64,000 nucleotides of DNA, from NCBI GenBank assembly GCA_028534125.1, contig CM052816.1, positions 92,568,001 to 92,632,000 on the forward strand, written 5' to 3'. The notes below the pieces were generated by a model. The model saw nothing but the letters and a program-made list of their open reading frames with translations, was not told the DNA's origin and searched no databases. The translations under genes were made by a program, and so were the position numbers. Origin of the DNA: Lama glama. Taxonomy: Eukaryota. Below are positions 50,569 through 61,740 of this stretch, piece after piece (the stretch's first letter is position 1; each line of letters opens with the position of its first letter).

Positions 50569-52329
50569 CTGGAAAGCAGGTGGAGAAGACAGCTTTCAGA
50601 GGACTCTGCCTGTGCCACCGGGAAAAGACACTGTTACCCTGAATGGACAACATGTGGGGCGGCCTCCTCTGGCGGGTGAGCCTGCTCTCCCAGCCACGTG
50701 CAGAGCAGGCTCTGTGGCCCACGATGGCCTCGAGGGAGCCAGCCTGCGACTCCGCCTCTCCCCCTCCTGGAAGCAGACTCCCCCGTGTAAGGGCAGGCCA
50801 CGTGACTCCCTCTGACCTCTGAACGTGGCAGGAGGGACGCCATGAGACTTACCGGGCAGCTTCCACTTTGCTCTCGTGGAAAACCTTCCTCACCACGTGA
50901 AGCAGCTTGGAATGGATGACTCTCTGGTCATCCCACACCCTCCCCAACTTTGGACAGGAGTATCTCTTGCCATCCCTGCTCTGTCCTGCTGTTGTAGGGT
51001 ATGTGTGTAGGGCTGGTAACTCATCTCTAGTGTGTGATCTCAGGAGCTGCACCCAATGAACCACCCCCAGGAAGCCTCAGCTGTGCCTGGACCGGATCCA
51101 GGACCTCGGGTCTGAGCCCGCTGCCACCACAGGATGAGATCTGGGGGCTGGGGAACGTGAGGAAAGACATAAATCTGTGGCCAGGGCCAGACTGTGCTGG
51201 GCCGAGGATGGGCACTCCACTTTGCCCCCCTGCCTCAGACAGGCCAAGTCTCTTCCTCTTGCCTGGAGTTGGGGCTGGCTGGCCCGGTCTGCCCACGGAA
51301 TACGGAGAAGGCGCGATTGTTCATTTCTGAAGCGGGGCCCTGAGAGGCCTCACAGCTTCTGCTCTCCTGGGATGCTCCAGCCATCACACGAGGAAGCCCG
51401 GGGTGAAAGTCTATGTGGAGAGAGGCCCAGGACCCAGGCGAGGCCAGACGTGTGGGTGCGGGTGGGAGTGCCTGCTGACCGAGTCCAGGAGGGACCAACA
51501 GAATTGAAAAGAATGCTGGCCGGGCCAGTCACGTGGCGCACGAAGTGATACATCCCTGTGGCTCTGACTGCAAGGTGAGCCTTGTGTGGCCAGACGGCTG
51601 GCAGACAGGTGGGGCTGATGCAGCAGGTGTGTGCACGGACCTCGGCAGCCAGGAGCCCAGGAACGGCCACCAGAACCTGCGAGGCTGCTGCTGGGGGGTT
51701 TCTTGGAAAGCTTTTCAAAAGGGACAAGCTTGGGTGTCATGCTTCTGACGCCCCTGCCACACAGGAAACGCTGCAGGGTGGATGAGGGCCACGCGGGGTG
51801 GACATGGAGCTGTGGCAGACCCTGGGTGACCGAGGGCACCGCAGAGCTGCCGCCCGCGCCCTGGCTGCTGTCTGGAGAGAGACAGCCCTACTCTGTTGAA
51901 GCCCCCTCTTAGGGTACATTCTAAATCGCCAGGTGCAGCCAAAACCTGCAGGACACATTCAGCCTCTCCCAGCTGGGTTTCAGAGGAGAACGACGTCCCA
52001 TAAGAAGGGGTCTGAGCGCCCCTTCCCTGGGTTCTCCCAAGGCTGGGGCGCAGCTGGCGCCGCCCTAGATGCAGAGCGGGCGTCAGTTCACCCCATCAAT
52101 GGTCGGGACAGGGCAGTAAGTGTCGATTCTCTCTTGGAACCTGGGCTGGAAACGTCTTCCTTATTCCTCAACGTTTAATATCGAAAGGTGTTTACAATTT
52201 ACATTTCAGAGGTCAAACGCCTAACTTGCAACTGCCAGCAAAATACACCCTGTAACTTTCTCTGGGTATTCCACAGACCCGTGTCTCTCACTCTGTGACC
52301 TCAGGAGGGGCTCCGGGTTTCCATCCTAC

Positions 52330-52408
52330 CTGCCAAGCTCAGCCACTTCGCTGTAGAAGCAGTCGAAGTTGTCTTTCCAGGTCACCGTGATGCCATCACT
52401 CCCTGGAC
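52330..52408 (-). CDS. TRIO: TRIO coding exon: start of kinase domain
   Basis: (G)PGSDGITVTWKDNFDCFYSEVAELG(R). Acceptor ttacag, donor AG|gtagga. 79 nt. Confidence 0.95.
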
Positions 52409-53560
52409 CTGTAAGAAGAGCGGCACCTCCCTGAGCCTGGTTCTTGGGCCCCTCTCGGGGGAGGGGACTAGAGCCCTGTGCTGACCAACGCGGCAGCCGC
52501 TCGGGGTCGCTGAGCATCTGAACTGTGGTTCACGGAACGAAGGGTAAAATCCATGCCGTGTGCTGGGACTCAGTATGAGAAACAGATGGATTTGTGCGAC
52601 AGAAATAAACACACCCTCGGATTTCTACAAGACAGCATATTCCTAGGAAGAGTCTTGTCTCCCTAAACTTCCTTGCTTTCACTACTGATTTATTTTTAAA
52701 AAATCAACTATATAATTTTTGTGACATCTTTTAAAATTAGAACATGGATGATTATCTGTGGTCAAATTCAAGTTTTCTTCCTTTCTTGTACCATGATCCA
52801 AACCTCAGAACCCTTTGACTTAACGAGGTTAAAATACACTGGAGTAGGATACATAAGATAGAAGTTCTAGGACAGTTGTGTTCACTGTCTACACACAGGG
52901 TGCCACCAGCATCCCTGATGGCACAGAGGGCCTTCTGCAAAATCGAAGCTGAAAATCAGCCCGGATTTGTGGTTCAGAGCATCTGCACACGTCAAGTGCA
53001 ACCATAGGAAATTCTAAATGGCCTAAGATACGGCTCTGCCTCCAGAAGCTCAGGGTTCAGCTGAGGAGAGAGAACAGGCTTTGCTGGGCATGGGGGGAGC
53101 GAGGGCTTTCGTCCCACTGAGGTCACCTCGCGCTCATGGGAGGGATGGGAGGACTGCAGGGCTGTCAGGGTCTAGCACGGGCACAGAGCCTGCACGGGCC
53201 TTACCCACACTCCCTTCTTTCCTTCCTTTTGGTTCTCTTCTACATGAGACTGACTTAGAATAGTTCCTCTTAGAGCCAAAGTGGCAAGTAAATAATCAGA
53301 CAAAGGAAAAGCTGCAGATGAGAATGCGTTTTGAGCACTAAGAGCACAGGATGCCCCTTGCTGCTCCTGGCAGCCGGCACCAGAGGCTCCCGGGCTCAGC
53401 GGCCGTGGGTAGAGGCCTTTGCCAAGCTCCTTGCCTGCCCAGGGGTCACCCGCCTGGGCACCCCAGAGGCTGGTCTGCCCCTTGCAGCCCACAAGTGATG
53501 TGTCACGTACTTTTGGTCATGTCAAGTGTGTGCGTGCGGCGGGGATGGGGGGCGTCTTAC

Positions 53561-53682
53561 CTAGAACCCTCAGACTCGCCGAAGACGAGGCTGACCCCAT
53601 GTCGTTCACAGCGATGCACGTGTAGATGCCGTCGTCCTCGGTGGTCACACCGACGATCTTCAGAGCGGCCTCTCCCAAGTCA
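53561..53682 (-). CDS. TRIO: TRIO coding exon: Ig-like domain, second half
   Basis: DLGEAALKIVGVTTEDDGIYTCIAVNDMGSASSSASLRVL, containing the Ig DxGxYxC motif. Acceptor ggcag, donor G|gtaaga. 122 nt. Confidence 0.96.
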
Positions 53683-53941
53683 CTGCCGCACAGGAGGGCA
53701 CACAGGTTCAGGGCGGCTCAGCTCTCCCCGCCGCCAGCCTCCCCCCCGCCTCGGGGACACAGGAAACCAGGAGCTCAGGTGCTGATGGGCAGTTTCAAGT
53801 AGGATTTCAATCCCAGCTGCCCACCCAGGTGTGACACATTCCCTCACGAGGGGGCATCCCAGGGCCAAAGGTGACCAAGGGAGTCGACTGTCAGTCCCAG
53901 TGAAATGAGGTCGCGTTCACTGTCCTGAAGGGCCCCCTCAC

Positions 53942-54104
53942 CTGTAGGAGATGCTGTAGTGGTCATCGTTGTTCAGGGTGCTGTGTTCAGGGCCCTTCCA
54001 GGTGATCGAGGCCTTGGGGCGGCCACAGACCCGACATCTAAGAACAACGGTCTCCCCTGTCTCACACGTGACCTCACTCAAGGGAATGACGAATTCTGGG
54101 GGAA
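53942..54104 (-). CDS. TRIO: TRIO coding exon: Ig-like domain, first half
   Basis: (V)PPEFVIPLSEVTCETGETVVLRCRVCGRPKASITWKGPEHSTLNNDDHYSISY. Acceptor tgcag, donor AG|gtgagg. 163 nt. Confidence 0.96.
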
Positions 54105-54308
54105 CTGCACCGGAAAGGAGTCCGTCACGCCGGTCACCCGGCTCCCCTCCCATGCCCACCAGTACTTCCCCAACAGACGTGTGTGGCCTAAGATGCTGTC
54201 CAAGCCCAGAGCTCCACAGAAAACCCATGTCCACAGGCTACACCCGAGTGTCCCGAAACCCCACAGACCTGCCCCCTAAAGGACTAGCAGCAAAAGAGCA
54301 GAACTCAC

Positions 54309-54336
54309 CGTCATATATGTAGTTGGGATTGAGAAG
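54309..54336 (-). CDS. TRIO: TRIO 28-nt microexon (LLNPNYIYD)
   Basis: tttcag|CTTCTCAATCCCAACTACATATATGACG|gtgagt. Needed to join the phase-0 upstream exon to the phase-1 downstream exon. Confidence 0.93.
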
Positions 54337-54358
54337 CTGAAATGGAAGGAGCACACAG

Positions 54359-54416
54359 CTATTAACCAGAGTTATCTATTAACCAGTTATCTATTAACCA
54401 GTTAGCTATTAACCAG
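54359..54416. repeat. Tandem repeat: four copies of ctattaaccag, period 15-17 nt
   Basis: Copies at 54359, 54376, 54391 and 54406. Confidence 0.9.
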
Positions 54417-55130
54417 TAGCTATCTTGAGATACATTAGTTTTACTCCAGGGCTGCAACTATGGTGGAAAGACGAGAGGAAAGACAGCTTGGCCTGCCTGG
54501 TATCTCACTGCCTTTGAATGCACCCGAAAGCTTCGTGTCACACAAATGGAGGAGTTTTTTCTTTCCTACCCATAAACACGAAAATGCTGCTTAAACTCGG
54601 AGATGTCCTTTATTCTCATCCTACGAGCCGAGCTGAGTCCTGCGGATCCCTGGATCCCCTCCTTCTGGCAGAATGGCCAGTGTCCTGACCCAAGGTCCTT
54701 GGATTCCCTTTAGGAAATATTTTTTCTCCAAATAGGACCCGAACAGGTTTAAGGCACTCTGGTTACAGGAGTAAAGCTGGCTGAAGCTCCTGCCGAGGGA
54801 ACTTGCTGCAGCCGGTGACCCTGTGTCTCAGCACCTCGTCACCTTCCCTGTGGTCTGAGTCCCACGCTCTGCCTGCCTCTGGGGATCTAGTCTCTGCTTC
54901 CTCTGGGGACCTAGCGGCGGTCCTTGTCAGCCACGCATGCGCCCAGTGAGGTGTACACTTGTATACCTGGTTCCTCAGAATACCTGTGCATACCTGGGCC
55001 ACACTATCCCCCTAGAAAGGCCCTCGGGTCTACTCGCAGGGCAGAGGGAGACGGGGCGCTGCCAGGACCCGGTCCAGGCGCCTCCTGCTCCCCGAGGAAC
55101 GACATAGGTTCCTGGAGGCGCTGTGCTCAC

Positions 55131-55269
55131 CTTCACAGATACCTTGTTGCTGAGCCCTTCCCGGGACTTCCGATAACCGTTCTCCAACTTGCCTTCCCGT
55201 TTGCCGTCTTTATCTTTTTTCTCAGATTTTTTCCTTAAACGGAGTGCTGTGTGCCAAGATGTTGACTTC
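55131..55269 (-). CDS. TRIO: TRIO coding exon: basic linker
   Basis: KSTSWHTALRLRKKSEKKDKDGKREGKLENGYRKSREGLSNKVSVK. Acceptor cctag, donor AAG|gtgagc. 139 nt, phase 2 to 0. Confidence 0.96.
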
Positions 55270-55504
55270 CTAGGGGCAGGATAACACATTGTTAGTATTA
55301 TGCCTCCCCAGTGTTTAGCAAATGATTTCCTGAAAGCATTAGAGAAGAGCTGACTGTCCAACTTAGGCGGCTATCAGGGGACTGAGATTCCTTTAGTAAC
55401 AGTCATCTCTGCTAAGGAAAACTTTCCTGCGGTTCTCGATAACCAGAGATATAAAACCAACAGTTTCTTAAATTAAGTTTTAAGGATTAAAATACAAAGG
55501 TACC

Positions 55505-55882
55505 TGGGATGGTTAGTTTTATGTATCAACTTGACAGCGCTCAGATATTTGGTCACACATCATTTTGGGTGTTCCTGGATGAAACTGACATTTTAATTGG
55601 TAGAGTAAAGCAGACTGCCCTCCAAAGTGTGGTGGGCTTCATCCAATCAGTTGAAGGCCTGACTAGAACACAAAAAGACTGGCCTCCCTGAGCAAGAGGG
55701 AATTCTCCGGCAGAATGCCTTTAGGCTTCATCTGTACCACTGGCTCTTCCAGGCCCCCAGCCTGCTGGCCCACCGTGCAGATCTGGACTCGCCAGTCTCC
55801 ACAATTGTATGAGCTAATACCTTATAATATACATACACCCCTACACTCTATTGGTTCTGTTTCTCTGCAGAACCCTAATACA
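55505..55882 (+). mobile_element. Solo LTR, MLT2-like (ERVL), in a TRIO intron
   Basis: gatggttagttttatgtatcaacttgac...gtgggcttcatccaatcagttgaaggcctga...ctattggttctgtttctctgcagaaccctaataca. Confidence 0.85.
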
Positions 55883-56747
55883 GGACCTAAGAATATTTTT
55901 GAGAAAGCGAAATAAAAAACCGGACTCTTGAACAATGTACCAGAATAAAATATTTCCATATATCAAGGAGAAACAGGACAAGGGACTGTAGGACCGTAGG
56001 CTCTTTGCAGCCTGAATTCAAGCCTGGACTCAAGCCCGGGTGTGAACGCCGAGCCCAGAGGTACAGGGTGGTGCTGGGATGCTGGCCAGTCTGGGCTGCA
56101 AACCCAGGTAGGGGAACTGCCATGCCTGGAGAGGAATGTGGCCACTATTAATGCCTTTGAGTCCGATTTTTTGGGCTGAAGCCTTTGAATACTTAAAAAT
56201 CATAGGTTTGCAATGCTTCCACTCCCAGAAGCCACCTGGCTGTCCTCTCCCATAGCCAGAGAGACTCAGGGAAGGGCAGAGTCTGAAACTAGCAGCTGAA
56301 TTCAGCTTCCTTTAAAATAATGCTTAATGCAGCAAAATTGGTTTCAAGTTTCTTAACTGAAATAATCTTCCAGTATATATAGGGCGTAATGGTAATGGCA
56401 TAACAGACCTTTAGCTGCAGCTTACAGAATGATGCTCTTCACCCACGCACCCTCAGCATACCCAGTAACGAGTTAGGGGGTCTTAAAAAGCTTCCCCTCT
56501 CAGGACCTCTGGGAATTAAAATATCGCTGTGTTCTACCTAGCGGTTAAAAAAGCCACGTGTGTGCAAACACAGGTTATTAAAAGAACTCATCAAACGAGT
56601 CTGAGAGGGAAGGCCAGCCCATCTTCACTTCGGGGTTCCACATAGTACTTAGGAATGAACTCAATCAACTGACCACAGCGCAGCTTTCTCTCCATGGGCG
56701 CCCCCTCCCAGGCTCCCCCAACCCCAGCTGCCCTGCCGGGCACTCAC

Positions 56748-56995
56748 TTGAGAGCCCCGTCGGGGTTCTCCATGATGACTGCACTGGTGTGCCCCAGGAC
56801 GAAGCCCGGAATCCAGCCCTCGGCTGCAGGGCACTGGTCAGTGGCGGCTCGGAACACCAGAAACATGTTCTGTTGATTGCTGGCCAGAATTTGAACGACC
56901 TCTCCTTGGTAGACGTTTATCTCATCCTCCTTCACTGCCGTGTAATCGTGTGTCACCAACATGGTGGAGATGTTGCTACTGCTGCTACTTTCACT
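56748..56995 (-). CDS. TRIO: TRIO coding exon: second SH3 domain
   Basis: SESSSSSNISTMLVTHDYTAVKEDEINVYQGEVVQILASNQQNMFLVFRAATDQCPAAEGWIPGFVLG... Acceptor tacag, donor AA|gtgagt. 248 nt, phase 0 to 2. Confidence 0.97.
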
Positions 56996-59900
56996 CTGTA
57001 GAGGGAAAGAGGAACAAAATGCAGAGGGGAACTGAAGTGAAATCTGGTGGCAGGACGGTGCGCGTCGGCGTGGGCCGCTGCATGACGGCCCAGAGCAGGG
57101 CTCACCGGGTGGGCACGGAGGGACTCTGCACCCTCCCTCTGTGCTGCTCTTTGGCTACTTAACTGGGTGCCTTTTTTCAGTAACTGATCACCAGGGTTTC
57201 TCTAGAAAGCAACTTAGGAACAATCTTAACACAAACAAACAAACAAACTACGGCGATGGTGACATTTTCCTTTGGAAGTTTATTTTAGCCCCGACTTCCT
57301 TGCACCGTCAAAGGAACAGCTCCTCCTCACATTGATGCCGTGCTGGGTTCTACCTATGTCATGGTAACATGACTGGGACTCTCATGCTCATTTTTTAAAG
57401 TTTTATTAAATAAAAAAAGCCACAACGAGTAGCTCTTCAGCTCGCTGACAGATCAGATCATGGAAAAGGTCCCAAATCTGCCAGATAAAATGTTCACCGA
57501 GAACATGTATTCCAGGATCACGCCGAGCTGCTGGCATCCCTCATCGTTTCCACGTTTGTCCTTTTAAAAGAAGAACGGGGGACATCTGTAAAGTAAATCA
57601 GTTCCTGTTCTGCTCTCATGGAGAGCTACTCTGCCTCCTTCACATGGCCCTTGGTGGGCAGCCCTCTTACAAGCTTGTGTGATTCCAGTGTCCCGAAGAT
57701 GCTGCAGCCATGGGGACAACCCCTGGCAAGGGGAAGCCTACCTTCTCCTTATCTTGGAGTGCTAGTGGTACCCGATCTCTTCGGGTCACTACTGTGTCTT
57801 TAGCATCCATCACAGTGACTGACACGTAGCAGGCACTCAATACGTGTTCAGTAACTCAGTCAGCGAGGCAAGATTGCAAAATTAAAACAAAGATCACTTC
57901 TTGAGGCCACCTACCCAGGCCCACAAGCTGTGTGGTGGTAGCTGCTGAGTAGAAAAAAACACAAATAACAGTATTTGTCCCAAGCTGTCATTTACCAAGT
58001 GACCCCTTGGTCCAGGGAAGGAGGAGGAAGCTGAGACCTCTGCCAAATCCCAAGCTATGTCCTGCCCCATCCCCTCTGTCGGCAGGTGGCACGTCAGGTG
58101 CCCTGCTCCCCTTAGCATCTTCTCAGAGGCTCCCACCAAAGATGTCGTCTGGACGTTCACAGATTCCCAGGACTCTGAAGACGCTGGTCTCAGCTGGGCT
58201 CTTGGATGCTTGGGGCAGGTCCTGGTTGTGCAGATGTGACTGTCAGAAATCTTGCCACATGCATGTCAGCTCTGGGTTACTGAGCTGGTATCAGGACACA
58301 CGGAAGCAGACGGCTGTCCACTGTCAGCGAGCCAGCGTGCTGGGGATTCCAAGGGCTGGGCCATGCTCTGGCCCGCAGTGGATACGTAAGTTAGACACAG
58401 TGGGGTGCCAGGTTCTCGTTCCCGTCTCAGCTGAGGAGTCTGGCCGTGTCCCCGGACTGTCCACGTCAGGCTTGGCCTGGGTACACTCCTTTATGCAGTC
58501 CTATCCTTTTAGCATGCACTTTAGTATCCTGACACCCGATGGTTTTGAGACTACAAAGCCACATTTGCTAGAAAATGTAAACAAAACCAACTTATGTGGT
58601 ACAGATGTCTTTGGTAATACAGTGTACCAGATTTTGTCTCATAATTCATATTTTGCCACAATAATACAGCTGTTTAGAGTTTCTGAAAACTCACCATGTA
58701 CCAATCTAAGTATCAGGCATTTAAAAATCTATCTCATTTAATGCCGGCCAGCCTCTGAGAGAAAGGCAAGGCTCTATTTTCATTGCTGTCTAGACTGGGG
58801 AAGGGGTGTGGGGAAGTTGTGGATGTCCACATTTGGGGGCTGGCACAGTCAGTGGGTTGATCCACATCCACTCTCTTGCTCTTGGCGGAACTTTCCAGAA
58901 GGTGCCCATTAAAGGAGGAAGGAAGACCGAGGCCGTGGCGTAGGTACAGCTGCTTGACAGTGACTGCAGACAGCTTCACAGAAGCCGACAAGAAGGAAGG
59001 AGGCTGCGGCTGACCCGGCAGGGGGATTAGGTGGCCTGAATGGGTGGGAGTGGGCAGAGTGGTGGTTCTTTTAACAAAAATACTCAAGAGTTCTAGAGGA
59101 CATTTTCAAATGTCTGTTCTAGGCCTCCAGTGGTCTTCCCAGGCCTCGAGGGTGATTCTGTAAGGCACTTGGACTCCCCCAGAACACTGGCAAATTCCCT
59201 TTATAGGTTACCTACCACATTAAGAAACAATGAGAGGCAGAAATCAAAGGCAACTTTGGCAACCTAACACTGGCCAGAACGTGTGTGCCCCACCTGACGG
59301 GGCTTATCTCAGAGTGAGCATCCTGGGGGGGCTGGTGCACACTCAGGGACACGCAAGGGCCAGCATGGGCTCCTGCACCAGGGCGTGCGAGGTGTTCCTT
59401 CTGAAACACAGGCTCTGAGAACCCCTCGTGTGCTCAAAGGGGAAGCGTCCAGGTTAGGATGGGCTCAAGGGCTGTTGCCTGGCTGATTTCAGACTGGTCT
59501 CAGCTGTGAGGCCATGCCTGCATCCTGAGAGTTCAACTAGGCACTAGTAGGTGCGAGCATCACCCAGCCTCTGCATCTTTCTCCTGGCTGAAACTCTTCT
59601 GATGCTCACCTGCATACCCAGCATTTTGAAACTAACAGGAGGTGGGGGCCCAGGCTCTCTGCAGGACCCGAGGACACTGGGGACAGCCACTGCAGAGAAT
59701 GCCTGCCCCTACCACTTACTTTTGAGCAGAAAATTGAAGGGCAAATAAATGTACCAAGACGCGTTTCTTAATTTCTCCCTCAGTTAAATACAAAGATTGA
59801 GGTTAACAAAATACATAACAAAACATAGGAGAGAATAAGGCCAAGTCAACCCCAACACGGCATTAATGGAAGTCCAGAGGAAAGAGAGACATGCACAAGC

Positions 59901-60189
59901 CATCTTTCTTTCTTTCTTTTTTCTTTCGTATAAAGAGAAACACAGACCCTTTCAGGGAAATGAATTTAAAAATTTATAAGGCGATCAAATATACACTCAT
60001 TAGAACAGCTCTATTTCCTCATGCATGCCTCTGGGAAGGTGTTATGGGTCAGATCACCTGCCGTGTAGGAAACAGTCGGGTAGGATAGTGAGGAAGCCAC
60101 AGGATGGGGGGAAACCCCACCACAGCAACCCTTCTGCTGAGAACACGTATAGTGATGGGCGATGCCCTGCAGCGACCGGCGCCCGCACT

Positions 60190-60203
60190 GCGCCCCCTGC
60201 TGG
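60190..60203 (-). promoter_or_regulatory. CTCF core motif
   Basis: Minus strand reads CCAGCAGGGGGCGC, an exact match to the canonical CTCF core, in a locally CpG-retaining patch. Confidence 0.65.
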
Positions 60204-60699
60204 ACAGAACGTGGACGCTCCGAATCCAGCCTCCCTGCGCCTCCGCTCCCAGCCGCCGGTGGAGCCCACCATCCAGAGGCCCCAGAGCAGACTCTCTTCC
60301 ACAGTGAAACTTTGGGGGGGTGGGGGGGCGGACAAATATTTCCACTGGAGAGAGTCCTTCCACCCATTTTGTCAGTTTAAGTTTGCTTTGAATTGCTGTT
60401 GGAAGTTTTCTTGAGGGTTTTTTTTTTTTTCAGCAGATGAGTCAAAAACGCTGCAAAGGTAATTTAAGGCGTAAAAGAGCACAACCAAGCGATGAGCAAA
60501 AAGCTTAGAGTGTACAGCTTTCAGTTGACGTAGGAGGTAGACAGAGGGGACACTGACCCCTCTAAAAAAAGTGTGTGAGGAAGGCAGGAGCTAGAGAGGA
60601 AGTTCCAAGATACTCGGTTGGTCGGAAAACGTGAAAGGCTTAAAGATGTCGCATTCAGAAGGTTAATGATCTGCGTTCCCGTATTAAGGAGACACAAAC

Positions 60700-61740
60700 C
60701 AAGCAAGGAGCGAGTTAGTAGAGACGAGAGCGCGCCGTCCGCCAGGAGCAGGAGGGGTTAGAAGGCGTCCCGCGGGTCTGCGTGGTCAGTGCGCAGGGAG
60801 GCCCGGAGCAGCTGATTACCGCAGCGCAGCAGCGGAGAGCCCGCAGTTAGTACGAGGACAGCGGCGGCGACGCGGGAGGTTTAGAAGAGGAGGAGCCGCG
60901 GGACAGAGGCAGCGGGGCGGGCGGGCGGAGGCGGCCGGGCGCTCTTACCCCATTGCTCTGGGTGGACTGCACGGACTGCTCGCTGGCCGAGGAGCACGTG
61001 CTCATGCGGTCCGTGTCCTTGCTGGGGGCCGCGTGGCGGTGCGCCTGCCGCTGGAGGGAGTCACTGTCCCCCGGGAAGGTGAAGGAGCCGGGCCGGCTGG
61101 CGGGGGAGGCGGGGATGGAGCTCCAGAAGGAGCCCCCCTTCTGCAGGGGGCTGCTAGGGGGCAAGGGCTCCTTGCCGATCGGACAGGGGAAGGCGGCGGA
61201 CAGAGGAGAGTTCAGAGGCGAGATGGCCCCGGGCCGGGGCTTGCCCAAGGGCAGGGGGCCCAGGCCGCTCCGCGCGCGGCCGTCCTCCGGGGGCGCCCGC
61301 GCCTCCTTAGCGGCTCCGTCCTGATGGGCACCCGTGGCATTCCCGGTGGCCTTCCTGGGGTTGTCCATCACCTTCATCTTGGGGATCGGCTCCGCTTCTC
61401 GCTCGGGACCTTCGGGCTCGCTGCTGGGGGGGCGCCTGGCGGGCTGGCTGGCGCCAGGCTCCAGGGCGAGGCTGCTGCTGGGAGGAGGCAGTGACGGGCC
61501 GGGAGCGGACATACCTGACATCTTGTCTGCCTCTGCTTGGCTGGAGGCTGCAGAGGAGACCAGCACGGGGGAGTGGTGTCTGACAGGCTGGGGGATCCGG
61601 GAGGGTCTGCTTCGGCTGGAGCTGGGGGGGCCGCCGCTGCTGCCGGGGCCGCCGCCGTGGTTGCTGCCGCCGCTGCCGCTGGGGGCCCCGCCGCCGCCCC
61701 CACCCCCGCCGCTGCCCCCGCCGCCGCCGCCCCCGCTGTG
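60700..61740. promoter_or_regulatory. Intragenic CpG island over TRIO exon 48 and the start of the following intron
   Basis: Dense CpG/GC that continues about 250 nt beyond the exon donor into non-coding sequence. Confidence 0.7.

Noticed and set aside
54359..54416. Regularly spaced short repeats as a CRISPR-like array
   Set aside because: The spacers are only 4-6 nt and near-identical, and the context is a mammalian intron. It is a minisatellite.
58007..58741. 244-aa ORF antisense to the TRIO intron
   Set aside because: It has a non-ATG start, no recognisable domain and no splice support, so it is probably a chance ORF.
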